Positions 1-10,560 of a DNA stretch of 64,000 nt are shown one piece after another. Within the stretch, counting starts at the first letter, position 1, and every line of letters begins with the position of its first letter. The translations under genes and the position numbers were made by a program. The stretch comes from Squalus acanthias (Eukaryota): positions 26,910,001 to 26,974,000 of the forward strand of contig CM059432.1 of assembly GCA_030390025.1 (NCBI GenBank). Direction: 5' to 3'. A model generated the notes under the pieces. It worked only from the letters and a program-made list of their open reading frames with translations, was not told the DNA's origin and made no database searches.

Positions 1-167
1 AACATAAAAAGGAACCCAAAAGTCTTTTATAAACACGAATAGTCAAAGGAAGGGTGGGGCTGATTAGGGACCAAAAAGGAGATCATCTTGTGGAGGCAGA
101 GGGCATGGCTGAGGTATTAAATGAGTACTTTGCATTTGTCTTCACTAGAGAAGAGGATGTTGCCAAT

Positions 168-331
168 CAATGTATCTGTTAAGCTGCGTGGCCACGCAGT
201 GCTCTAGAAGTCCTGCGCAGGCAGCTCAGTGGCTTCACAATGGAAAAACCGTGTGTGTGTGCGGAAATTTGAATTGGCCACGCAGCCCGTTCAAAGGACT
301 GCGCACCCAAAAAAAATTAGCGGGTACATTG
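168..331. mobile_element. hAT-like MITE, copy 1
   Basis: Imperfect terminal inverted repeats (TIRs) CAATGTATCTGTTAA / TTAGCGGGTACATTG; flanks TTGCCAAT (160-167) and CTGCTAAT (332-339) form a degenerate 8-bp TSD; interrupts the CR1. Confidence 0.75.
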
Positions 332-1294
332 CTGCTAATGTAACAGTAAAGGAGGAAGTAGTAGCAATATTGGATAGGATGAAAATAGATAAAGAGGATG
401 TACTTAAAAGGTTAGCAGTCCTCAAAGTAGAAAAGTCACCCGGTCCGGATGGGATGCATCCTAGGTTGTTGAGGGAAGTAAGGGTGAAAATTGTGGAGGC
501 TCTGGCCACAGTCTTCTAATCCTCCTTCGATATGGGGGTGGTGCCAGAGGACTGGAGGATTGCAAATGTTACAACCCTGTTTAAAAAGGGGGGAGGGGGA
601 TAAACCCAGCAATTACAGGCCAGTCAACCTAACGTCAGTAGTGGGGAAACTTTGAGACAATAATCAGGACAAAATTAGTTGGCATTTGGAAAAGAATGGG
701 CTTATAAATGAAAGTGAGCACAGATTTATTAAAGACAAATCATATTTGACTAACTTAATCGAGGTCTTTGATGAAGTAACTGAGAGGGTTGATGAGGGTA
801 GTGCACTTGACTTTCAAAAGGTGTTTGACAAAGTACCACATAATAGACTTGTTACCAAAATTAAAGCCCATGTGATTAAAGGGTCAGTGGTAACAAGGAT
901 GCAAAATTGGCCAAGGGACAGAAAGCAGAGAGTAGCACTGAATGGTTATTTTTCAGACTGGAAGGAAGTATACAGTGGTGTTCCCTAGGGGTTGGTATTA
1001 GGACCAGTGCTCTTTTTGATGTATATTAATGACATGGACTTGGGTATACACGGCATAATTTCAAAGTTTGCAGATTATTCAAAACTCGGCAATGTATTAA
1101 ACAATAAGGAGGATAGTAACAGACTTCAGGAGGACATAGACAGACTGGTAAAATGGGCAGACACATGTCAGATGACATTTAATGCAAAAAAAAGTGTGAA
1201 GTGATCCATTTTGGTAGGAAGCATAAGGAGAGGCAATATGAACTAAATGGTACAATGTTAAAAGGGGTGCAGGGACAGAGCGACCTGGGGGGGT

Positions 1295-1428
1295 CAATGT
1301 TCTCCCAGTTTTTTTTGAGCCACACGGCCCATTCAAACTTCCACGCATGCGCGGTTTTTTGCATTAGGAAGCTGGCTCATCGGCTGCGTGGGACCTGGAG
1401 ACAGCCGCGCGGCTTAAGGGGAACGTTG
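1295..1428. mobile_element. hAT-like MITE, copy 2 (opposite orientation to 168-331)
   Basis: TIRs CAATGTTCTC / GGGAACGTTG; flanks CTGGGGGGGT and CTGGGGGT; reverse complement of the interior resembles 168-331. Confidence 0.75.
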
Positions 1429-2344
1429 CTGGGGGTGTGTATATACGCAAATCTTTGAAGGTGGCAGGACAAGTTGAGAGGGCTGTTAAGATCCTTGGCT
1501 TTATTAATAAAGAAATAGAATACAAAAGCAAGGAAGTTGTGTTAACCCTTTATAGAACACTGTTAGGCCTCAGGTGGAGTAATGTGTTCAATTCTGGGCA
1601 CCACACTTTAGGAATGATGTCAAGACCTTGGAGAGGGTGCAGAAGAGATTTACTAGAATGATTCCAGGGATGAGGGACTTCAGTTATGGAGAGAGACTGG
1701 AGAAACTGGGGTTGTTCTCCTTAGAGCAGAGAAGGTTAAGGGGAGATTTGATAGAGGTGTTCAAAATCATGAATGGTTTTAATAGAGTAAATAAGGAGAA
1801 ACTGTTTCCAGTGGCAGAATGGTCAGTAACCAGAGGACACAATTTAAGGTGATTGGCAAAAGAACCAGAGGCTACATGAGGAAGCTTTTTTACACAGCAA
1901 GTTGTTGTGATCTGGATTTCACTGCCTGAAAGGGTGGTGGAAGCAGATTTAATAGTAACTTTCAAAAAGAATTGATAATTACTTGAAGGGAAAAAATTAC
2001 AGAGCTATGAGGAAAGAGCAGGGGAGTGGGATTAATTGGATAGCTCTCCAAAGAGCCAGCACACAGGCACAATGGGCCGAATGGCCTCCTGTGCTGTCAT
2101 TCTATGATTCTATAATGGTTAATTATATCACCTTGGGTTGGGGGTGGAGAAGCTGGTGCTATTGTAGAGAATCATTGTGACTATGCTGGTGCTCGATCTT
2201 CATGTGTAGTTGTCTACTCTAATCTCATTCTTTGCCTTTTCCCAATGTTCTTCTATATTCTTCCCTTTCAAGTACTTATCCAGTTCTCTTCTAAATAATG
2301 TTATAGTCTCTTCCTCAATAATTACTTGTGTTAAGTCATTGATG

Positions 2345-2800
2345 GGTACTGTAGCGTGGTATTACGGGACTAGTAATCCAGAGTCTTGGACGAATAATCC
2401 AGAAAACGTGTTCAAATCCCACCACAGCTGTTTGAGAATTTGAATTCAGTTTAAAAATAAATGTGGAAATAACAGATTTATATCAGTAGAAATGACTGAA
2501 GCTATCTGATTGTCTTTTAAAAACACAACTGGTTTATTAACGTCCTTTATGAAAGGAAATCTGGTTCATTAACGTCCTTAAGGAAAGGAAACCAATCTGG
2601 CCTAAATGTGATTCCAGTCCCACACCAGCATGGTTAACTTTGAAGTGGTCTAGCAAGCCATTCAGACACTATGAGCATAGTGGGAACACAGTCACCACAC
2701 GTATGGCAGTAGTTCAAGAAGCCCCACCACCATGTTCTTGGTACAGCTAAGGATGGGCAATAAATGCCAGCCTGCCAGTGATGCCCACATCCTGAGAATT
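2345..2800 (+). mobile_element. tRNA-head SINE-like element (family A) carrying the LINE-B 3' tail
   Basis: A/B-box-like TAGCGTGG..GTTCAAATCC; tail GGATGGGCAATAAATGCC..GCCAGTGATGCCCACATCC matches the LINE-B ends at ~37065-37105 and ~41995-42040. Confidence 0.7.
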
Positions 2801-3430
2801 TTTTTTCTGTTCTAATAATTCTCTGGAAAAACTTCTAATTTTCATTGTTCTATTGACCTATCTCAATCCAAGCTTTCTTGTTACCAATTCACCAGCCAGT
2901 GAACAATTATTCACAGTGTATCCGCTCCAAAATCTTTAAGTTTTGGAAACTTCTATTAGATTACCCACTGCCCTCAATCTTCTCTATTCCAGTGGGAGAA
3001 ATAAAACATTTTCCAAGCCTGCCTTGAGCATTACGCTCATTCCTGGCATCATTCTAGTGAATCTTCGCAATACCTTTTCAGCGATTCTAATACCCTTCCA
3101 ATATGGGGTGCCCAAAAATGCGTATAATACTCAACTGTGGCTTATCCAATATTTTGTACAGGTGCCGTGGAATAGCCCTTGCTTTTATATTCAACACCCC
3201 TGTATATAAAACCCAGAACTCCCTGGCTTTTTTAACCTGCACTCCCGCCTTTTCTTTTTCTTTTTAATAACTTTGAACAAAACAAAGGGAAACTAAACTG
3301 AATTATATTATTCCTGGTGTCCACAAAACATTCCAGTCCACCTTTTTAAAAAATCTATGCATCGTTCCCCCCCCCCTAGATTTCTGTTCCCATCACTGAG
3401 TCTTGCTATTTACGTTGTACTTTCTAGGAG

Positions 3431-3860
3431 CATCAGAAATTGGAGCAGGAGTAGGCCATACAGCCCCTCGAGCTTGCTCCGCTATTCAATAAAGATCATG
3501 GCTGACCTTCCACATCAACTCCACTTTCCTGCCCTATCCCCATATCCCTTGATTCCCTTAGTGCCCAAAAATCTATCGATCTCAGTCTTAACTATACTCA
3601 ATAACAAAATCTAAAGCTCTCTGGGTTAGAGAATTCCAAAGATTCACAACCCTCTAAGTGAAGAAATGTCTTCTCATCTCGGTCCTAAATGGCCAACTCC
3701 TTATCCTGAGACTATGACCCCTAGTTCTAGGCTCTCCAGCCAGGGGAAACAGCCTCTCCGCATCTGCCCGGTCAAGCCCTCTGAATCGTGTAAAATAATC
3801 AGATCACCTTTTGTTCATCTAAACGCCAGAGAATATAGGCCCATTCTACTCGATCTACTC
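3431..3860 (-). mobile_element. CR1 3' fragment
   Basis: Matches the CR1 3' region at 11071-11500 (GGAGCAGGAGTAGGCCAT..). Confidence 0.85.
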
Positions 3861-4184
3861 AAGTAACAAGAAGTTAGTTCACAAACCCGTTTGGCCCAAC
3901 CAATAATGTTGGTGTTTACCCTCCATGTAGTTCCTTTCATTACTGTCTTTTGTCTTTTCCTAAAATGTACTTCATTATATTTCTGCTTTGACCTGCATTT
4001 CCCACCTCACTGCCAACCTGTCTATGTTCTTATGCATTTTTTCTTGCCGTTTGTCATGCCAGCTAATTTGTTATTGTCAGCAGATTTCAGTATCAATGCA
4101 CTGTGATGCCATTTGTCTTAGTTCCCTGGTGCTTTAGCCCTGCAGTTGTGTTTGCCATCTGTTGCATGAACTATAATACTTCAC

Positions 4185-4545
4185 TAATGCCTTGGTGGGT
4201 TAAAGTGTTGAGGTGTGGTACATGGCCATACAAACCAGAAGGAGCCAGGTTTGATCCTGATCATTGTTGAGTTAACTGATTTTAGCTGAGATGGCAGTAG
4301 GGGTGCTCAAATTGGCCTCTATGGTCTGAGCTACAGGGGGGCAATATTAGCCAGGGTTACCACATGATCTCTGATGGCGCCTGCTGACTCGGGCTTCTCT
4401 TCACAATCAAATAGTCTTCCAGCGAAGTCTGATGTGGCTCATCATGTGAAGAATGTTTACTTGGTGTTAGTGTGCTGGAATGTTGCCAATACCTCCGAGT
4501 TAGCCCCTTCAAGGGGAGGAGAGGGGGGGAAAAGGAGTAAAAACC
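4185..4545 (+). mobile_element. Unclassified SINE-like repeat (family B)
   Basis: Shares GGTTTGATCC..GAGTTAACTGAT..AATTGGCCTC..TGAAGAATG with other copies in the window. Confidence 0.55.
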
Positions 4546-4959
4546 AACTATGAAAAGTAATTTAGTGTATATATTGTATAAAAAGTTTTCATTATCTTCT
4601 CCGTTCATTAGCAAAGCCATTTGATTTGGATTAAAGCATTAACTGGTATTTGTAGATTGTATGATTTAGCCTTGAAGTCTCCTGCAGTGAAGTAATGTGA
4701 AGCTATCAAAAACCACCGGCACTCAAGTCTTTTTTTAATCTGTTGCATGATGGTTCAGGATTTCTGTGCGCACTACCTGTAATGGAACCTTTAGATTGTA
4801 CCATTGGCATGTATAGACCAGTCTAGCTTTCAAATCCTGTGTGGTTTCGTGCAAGTTTATTAAGAAAACTAATCATTTCTAGTCACACAAGGCATTTGAA
4901 TGATAATGTTCTGGTTCCTGTACATTTCAGTGCCAGCGAGAGCTTGACCGTGTGCAACT

Positions 4960-5045
4960 GAGCTCCAGGCACTGTAAACATCCTACACTCAGCTGTAACA
5001 AGAAAAAGGGGCTGAGAGAAGGTTGTTTACTCTAACTGGCTTGGA
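4960..5045 (+). ncRNA. mir-30: miR-30 family microRNA precursor (5p arm identical to miR-30b-5p)
   Basis: TGTAAACATCCTACACTCAGCT at 4973-4994; pairing 3p arm CTGAGAGAAGGTTGTTTACTCT at 5012-5033; basal UG at 4959-4960, apical UGU at 4994-4996, CNNC at 5050-5053. Confidence 0.95.
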
Positions 5046-6029
5046 ACAGCAACTTTTTAAATGAAGAATGCCTTTGGAGAAGATATCTGGAGGAGGTTTG
5101 TAATGGTTGGCACGCTTTACAATTTATACAAACCAGGAAAGGTTAAGGGAAGAGTTTGGAAAATATTGAACTCTTTTTTTTAAAGAAAATGTTGTAATTT
5201 TATTATCTATTATAGAGTTGATAGTATTTTGGGATTAAAGAAGTACATTACCGTTGAGGTGGCGATGGGCTGAGAAAAATTTTACATTAAGAAATCCTTT
5301 CTTTCTCCCACCCCTTCCGCTCTTCTTCCCAACAACTAAAATACAAGTCATTTAAACTGTGGTGTCAGTACGTTTTTAGACCCAAAATGTATTTGTTTGT
5401 TCTGTATATGGAGTACGCTGTGTTATGTAAAACCTGCTAGATTTTATCTCTCAAATTCAAAACCAGCTCAACTGCAATAAATTAACAGGAAACTAAAAAG
5501 GGGCGTTGTTACCTGAACAGGGAGAAGGAAGTTCCTGGAAAATAGCAGGATTAAATGTGTTGTATCATGCTCGTAAAAATGATTTGATTGCCGTATTAAC
5601 ATACTGTTGGGCCTGTGTGAAGCAAACACTAAACTAACTAGTTGACTTTTAACTGAGCTGTGGCGTTCATGATTTCCAATAATTTAGACAAGCAAAACTT
5701 CGTACAGTTTAATTTTACAGTGGGATGGAATAACTCGGTTGCTCTGGAGCTGGCCAGAATGTGTCCTGAGCAGGTCTTCCACTATGCTATAACTGACATG
5801 AACTTGGAACCTTTGCGGGATCTGAAAGCCAAACAACTGGAAATACTTTGCATACCAGAGCGAATAGCATATACTGTAGTGACTTTTTTTTTTTAAAAAG
5901 TGCATTTCCTGAAAGCTGGGGGTTAATCTTTAATATAGCAGTTATATAATTTCTAAGAAAATGTAGCATTTTATGCCCCTGTAAAAATACCATTTGTATT
6001 GTCCTGATGATTAGTGGGTTATTGTGGTA

Positions 6030-6370
6030 CCTAATGTGTTACTGAAGGGTACAGACCAGAATGGTCCCAGGTTTAACAATTGTTTATGCTGATTTAGCTG
6101 ATCTCTGCAGAAGTAAGGCTGATAAAATTGGCCTTCGAGCCTTTGGATTGGTGGGGTGGGGGGAGAGGAGAAGAGAAATTCACCAGATTCTAAATCCTGA
6201 TGACTATCTACTGCTTGACATTGAGAACTGAATCATGCCGTCGCAGTCAATAACCTTCTGAGGCTGTTTGGGCTCTGACCTTGAGTTAGATGCTGGAGTG
6301 CTTCTGGCTCTTGTATGCCAGCAAGTGTCACCATCTTTGCGAGAGGAGAGAAAGTGGAGGCAAGAAGAAG
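6030..6370 (+). mobile_element. SINE-like repeat family B
   Basis: ACAGACCAGAATGGTCCCAGG..GCTGATTTAGCTGATCTC..AATTGGCCT motifs. Confidence 0.5.
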
Positions 6371-9300
6371 AAAAAGCAAAAGGCCAACTTACTACAGCCA
6401 GAGTTCAACTTTCACTACTTTGACACGACAGATGTGGTATAAATTTCCAGAACTGGAAATGTCTCCAGGATATCATTGTATTTTTGTAATATGATTGATC
6501 TATGTTTTCTGCATTCCACCCCCCCCCCCCCCAGCTCTGAAGGACATGGGGTGGGAACTCAAATACAAGAAAGGAACTGGATGGACAATTTGCAATTATC
6601 ACAAGCTGAAGTGACCAGCAACATGACAGTTTACATGTAGATTTTGTGCCTAGACATGCTGGTAATAGTACTCACTGTTTATAGATGTCACTTTCCTGTA
6701 ATGGGGCAGGTTTGATTGCTTGGTAAATACAGCACTGAGGGTCAGGAAATTGGCATTATTGAATTTCAGTACACATGCCAACAATTGGGTCCCTGGGAAT
6801 TTAAACCTTAACGCATTTAAATCCTGACCAAACTAATCTCAAACAGCAGGCAATCTTCTTAAGCACCCCATTATCACTGGTGCTTAAAATTAGTATTTTC
6901 TCTTTGAACTGTTATACAGTGTATCCAATGAGGCAATCTTGCCCATGTGTAAATGGGAAGGATACATCTCCCATATTCCCTCTTTGCAGATGTTGTGCAA
7001 CCTAGTTAATCAATTTGTAGGAAACTGCACACTGAACTTTGCATAGGTAATTCCCTGCCCTTTCCTAGACTGAATGTCACTTCACAGATACAAGCTAAAA
7101 TTGCTAGAGTATAATTTGCAAATTAAAAAACAAAATACACTGAAGCATCATTATTGCTAAGCAAATACTTTGAGCACAAAGGGCTATCAATACAGCACAG
7201 CATTGAAAATCAATTTTAAGTGTCAGTTTGCTTAATGCAGCTCTCTTCTAGTAGAACCACTGAGTTTCTTTAAGCTGCACTGTCTTTAAAAATGTCACTT
7301 TTTCAGTGGGTTTATTGAGATATGTTCCCCTCTGCAGTGAAGCCTTTGTTTTCAAGTGCAAATTTCTTTTGATGTGGGATCCCAAACCAGTTTTAATGCA
7401 GTTGTTCACAAACAGCACAACAATCGCATCTAAGACTACTGACTGTTTACCTAGATGAAGTTAGCAGGATGCATTTCAGCAAATTACCGCAAAATACAAT
7501 ACTAAAATGCATGCTGCAAGCACTTTTTAAGATGCACTCTTGGCATATTTATCAGCTCACAGAAGGTTTCACACTTACAGAAATAGTCCTCTCAAAAGGA
7601 TTGTGGTGATAATTTAGATTTAAGTCAACAGACCCTTTATTTAATAAAACTGACAGAAGCATCCAACTAAGCAGCCATAATAGTTCCTGTATGCTTGCAG
7701 CTATCTTGCATGTGACAGAAACGTGATCGGAGCAAGATGAACTTTTAGATTATAAAAATATATCCAGCCAGACAAATTGCAATTTTTAGCACACCTCATT
7801 TGTTCTACTCTATCAAATGTTAACGACCCAATCACTCTGCACTAGGTGTGAGTTTAGCTTGATCTACGACGTGAAGTGACAAATTCTGTACAACAGGAAA
7901 TGTATTCTTAACTGCCTAGGTAATGAATTCAGTATTTACATAAAGATCCATGCCTGAAATGTAAACTTGTCTGTTCCCTCCACGGGTGCTGACTGACCAC
8001 CTGAGTGTTTCCAGCTTTTTCAGATTTCGCTTTTAATGAATCCAGCAATTCACCACAAAATCTTGAGTGAAATTACTGGTTTTGGTTGTGTAAAATGTTC
8101 TTTGGGCTAATATTTGTCCATTTACAGTATGACGGTTGCGTGATTTGAGTATTTTACATATGCCAGTGGAATTTGCTGTAAATTTTCAAACTGGAGTCCA
8201 CAAATTTCTGTCTTTTTGGAGCTGGGTGTCCCATGTACAAGCAGCATCTGAAATGTTTTTTCTGTATTCTGTTGTCATACACTAATAAACATTTTCTGAA
8301 ATGATTGCACTGTTTTCCTTTCAGATGTTGACATTGTCTTTCAGAAGTTAGGACGAGACCTTCCCTGGAGAATGCCAGTATGTGCAGGGGGGACCCCAAC
8401 ATGAAAATTTCAAAACTGTTGATGTAAATGATACAACTACAGATCCTGATTCAGTGGGCACTCCCCAGCTGTTACAGTAATCAGCGTTCTGCATTCCGAC
8501 ATACAAAGGAAAGCACTTGGCAGTTAATAAATTATGCCATTGTTGAACGTGTGGAAACCATGGAGCGAGAAACCTTTCATATAAACTGTTGTAAAATCTA
8601 ACTCTTTTCTACATTTCATTATCTTATTGATCTCATTGATCTATTACACCTTGATATATCAAATATATGCAAATTATTACCACAGACCCTCTATTACAAA
8701 TTTTCACAAGTTAAGTGAATGGATCCCACACACCTTACCTGCTGTTGTGTACTTGAACTGCGTGCTATCTACAATATGGCAGCATAACCCAGGTGTGTGA
8801 CAATTGTACCCCATTGTGACCTGAACCACTTATCCACATGTCATTCGCATGTGCCCCCATATTTCTTTCCAAGCTTGTCAAAAGTGGGCCTAGAAAACAC
8901 CTGGTAAGATGAGGCCAGGTACAAATTGTTAAGATGCTTTATTTCACAGTTGAAAATTCAGAATAACATTTATGATTGGACTCACAATCAGTACAACTCC
9001 ATGTAATTATACAAAAAAAAATAAGCTATCCTAATTCAATGGGCACTCCCCAGCTATTACTGATGGGGTTTCTTACCTGACTTAAAATAACTCCTAACTA
9101 CCCTCCTATTTGCTAAACCTCTGAGCCTGGTGAAAGCTTGCTCTCACTACTTTTTAAAAATCTAACTGACCCGACAGCCCTTTCTGAACCCGACTGTGTG
9201 TATTTCTGCCCTATCTTTTATCTCACTGTATTCACAAGTGAGGGAGAGTTTATGCCAGACATCCAGGACCAGGGATCTTCCAACACCATGGATGTGAAGT

Positions 9301-9966
9301 GCTTACTAATTACTGAAACAGATTGCTTATTATTTAGTCTATGGTGGAATCACTTCAAAGCTAACTCAATAGCATTTTAACCACATTTGGTCGGGTTTAC
9401 CCATAAATAATAGCCATGTGGGTGAGGTACTGTCAGTGAACATTGGCAGTTAATTGAGTTACACCTTTGGCCTTCTTCCCCAAACTTGTTTGCAGCTCCT
9501 GTCATGCAGCCAGTTCCTGCCTTAAAGCATTGTGTGTGTCTGGACTCTATGCACACTTAATTACCATAGATTTTCATAAACAAATAGTGCCCCTCAAAAG
9601 TTCATTGCTTATACAATAAATGATTTGCTGTCTTTCCCGGAAGAGAATTTTTAAACTGAATTTGGAGCGAAAATGAAGAAAGGAGGGCTTGCTATATTTG
9701 AGATGAATAGTAACCTATTAGCAGAAAGCAAATAATTCAAATTGATTTTCGTTAGGTTTAAATAATTTGAAATAAAATATTTTTCCCCTATGGAAAAATC
9801 ATTTTTGATACAGTTTTTGTTTTGCATTCTAAATGTCAATATAAGAAATCATGTGCTGCTAATCACAGATTTTGGTTAGGTAAACAGTGAATATTGCCTA
9901 AAGTAAATTTTTAGAATTCAATCACCTATTTGTTTCAAAGTCTTTGGTGAGGGAGAAAAACAAAAT

Positions 9967-10113
9967 GGGTGAATTTCCACCGGGTTCTCCTGCTCATCTG
10001 TTATAACTTCGAAACCCTGGAAAAACAAGGTAAAAATAATTGATGGCACTTTTCTGGGGTTTCTGTGGCTTTTCCAAAGAGGACAAGCAGGAGAATCCCC
10101 GTTGATATTCACC
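9967..10113. mobile_element. Palindromic MITE-like element
   Basis: GGTGAATTTCCACCGGGTTCTCCTGCT pairs with AGCAGGAGAATCCCCGTTGATATTCACC; inner pair GAAACCCTGGAAAA / TTTTCTGGGGTTTC. Confidence 0.65.
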
Positions 10114-10351
10114 ACCCACTTCCCCCCCACCCCCCCCCCTGCCAGCCCCAAAAAAACCTTTCAGTTCATCACAGGAGGAAGGGAGATAGCAGCCCATCTA
10201 CTTAAAGGGAGTGTTAACTGGGACTTTCAGTTAAATACACGTGATCAGAATGTGCAATTGCCTTCAACTGTTCTGATGGAAAAAAAATAGGCTTTTGAGA
10301 CCGCCAGAGACCATGAAACTAAAAACTTTAATGAAGCTATTAAAAGAGGCA

Positions 10352-10560
10352 GAAGAAAGAACTTGAATTTATATAGCGTCTTTCACATCTTTGCGATGTC
10401 CCAAAGCACTTCACAGCTAATGAATTACTTTAAAGTCACTTGTTATCTAGTCAAAGGTGGAAACCAGAATGTACCTAGCAAGGTCCTGTAACTAGTAAAT
10501 AATCAGTTGATCTGCTTTGGCAGTGTTGATTGAGGAATGAGTGTAGGCCAGGGCCCTGGA
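10352..10560 (-). mobile_element. Deu-domain SINE 3' part with L2-like tail
   Basis: Reverse complement resembles ~29230-29423; AACTTGAATTTATATAGCG tail is shared with the L2 ends in the window. Confidence 0.6.

Larger units (their letters stand above)
1..2113 (+). mobile_element. CR1-type LINE (begins before the window), frameshifted ORF2 RT and 3' UTR
   Basis: ORF fragments KSPGPDGMHPR, DFQKVFDKVPH, LGPVLFLMYIND..KFADYSK and RLRGDLIEVFKI; ends in the ATTCTATG-type CR1 tail at ~2099-2113. Confidence 0.93.

Noticed and set aside
8324..8404. Coding exon after the acceptor-like TTTTCCTTTCAG
   Set aside because: All three frames stop within about 27 codons and no protein is recognisable
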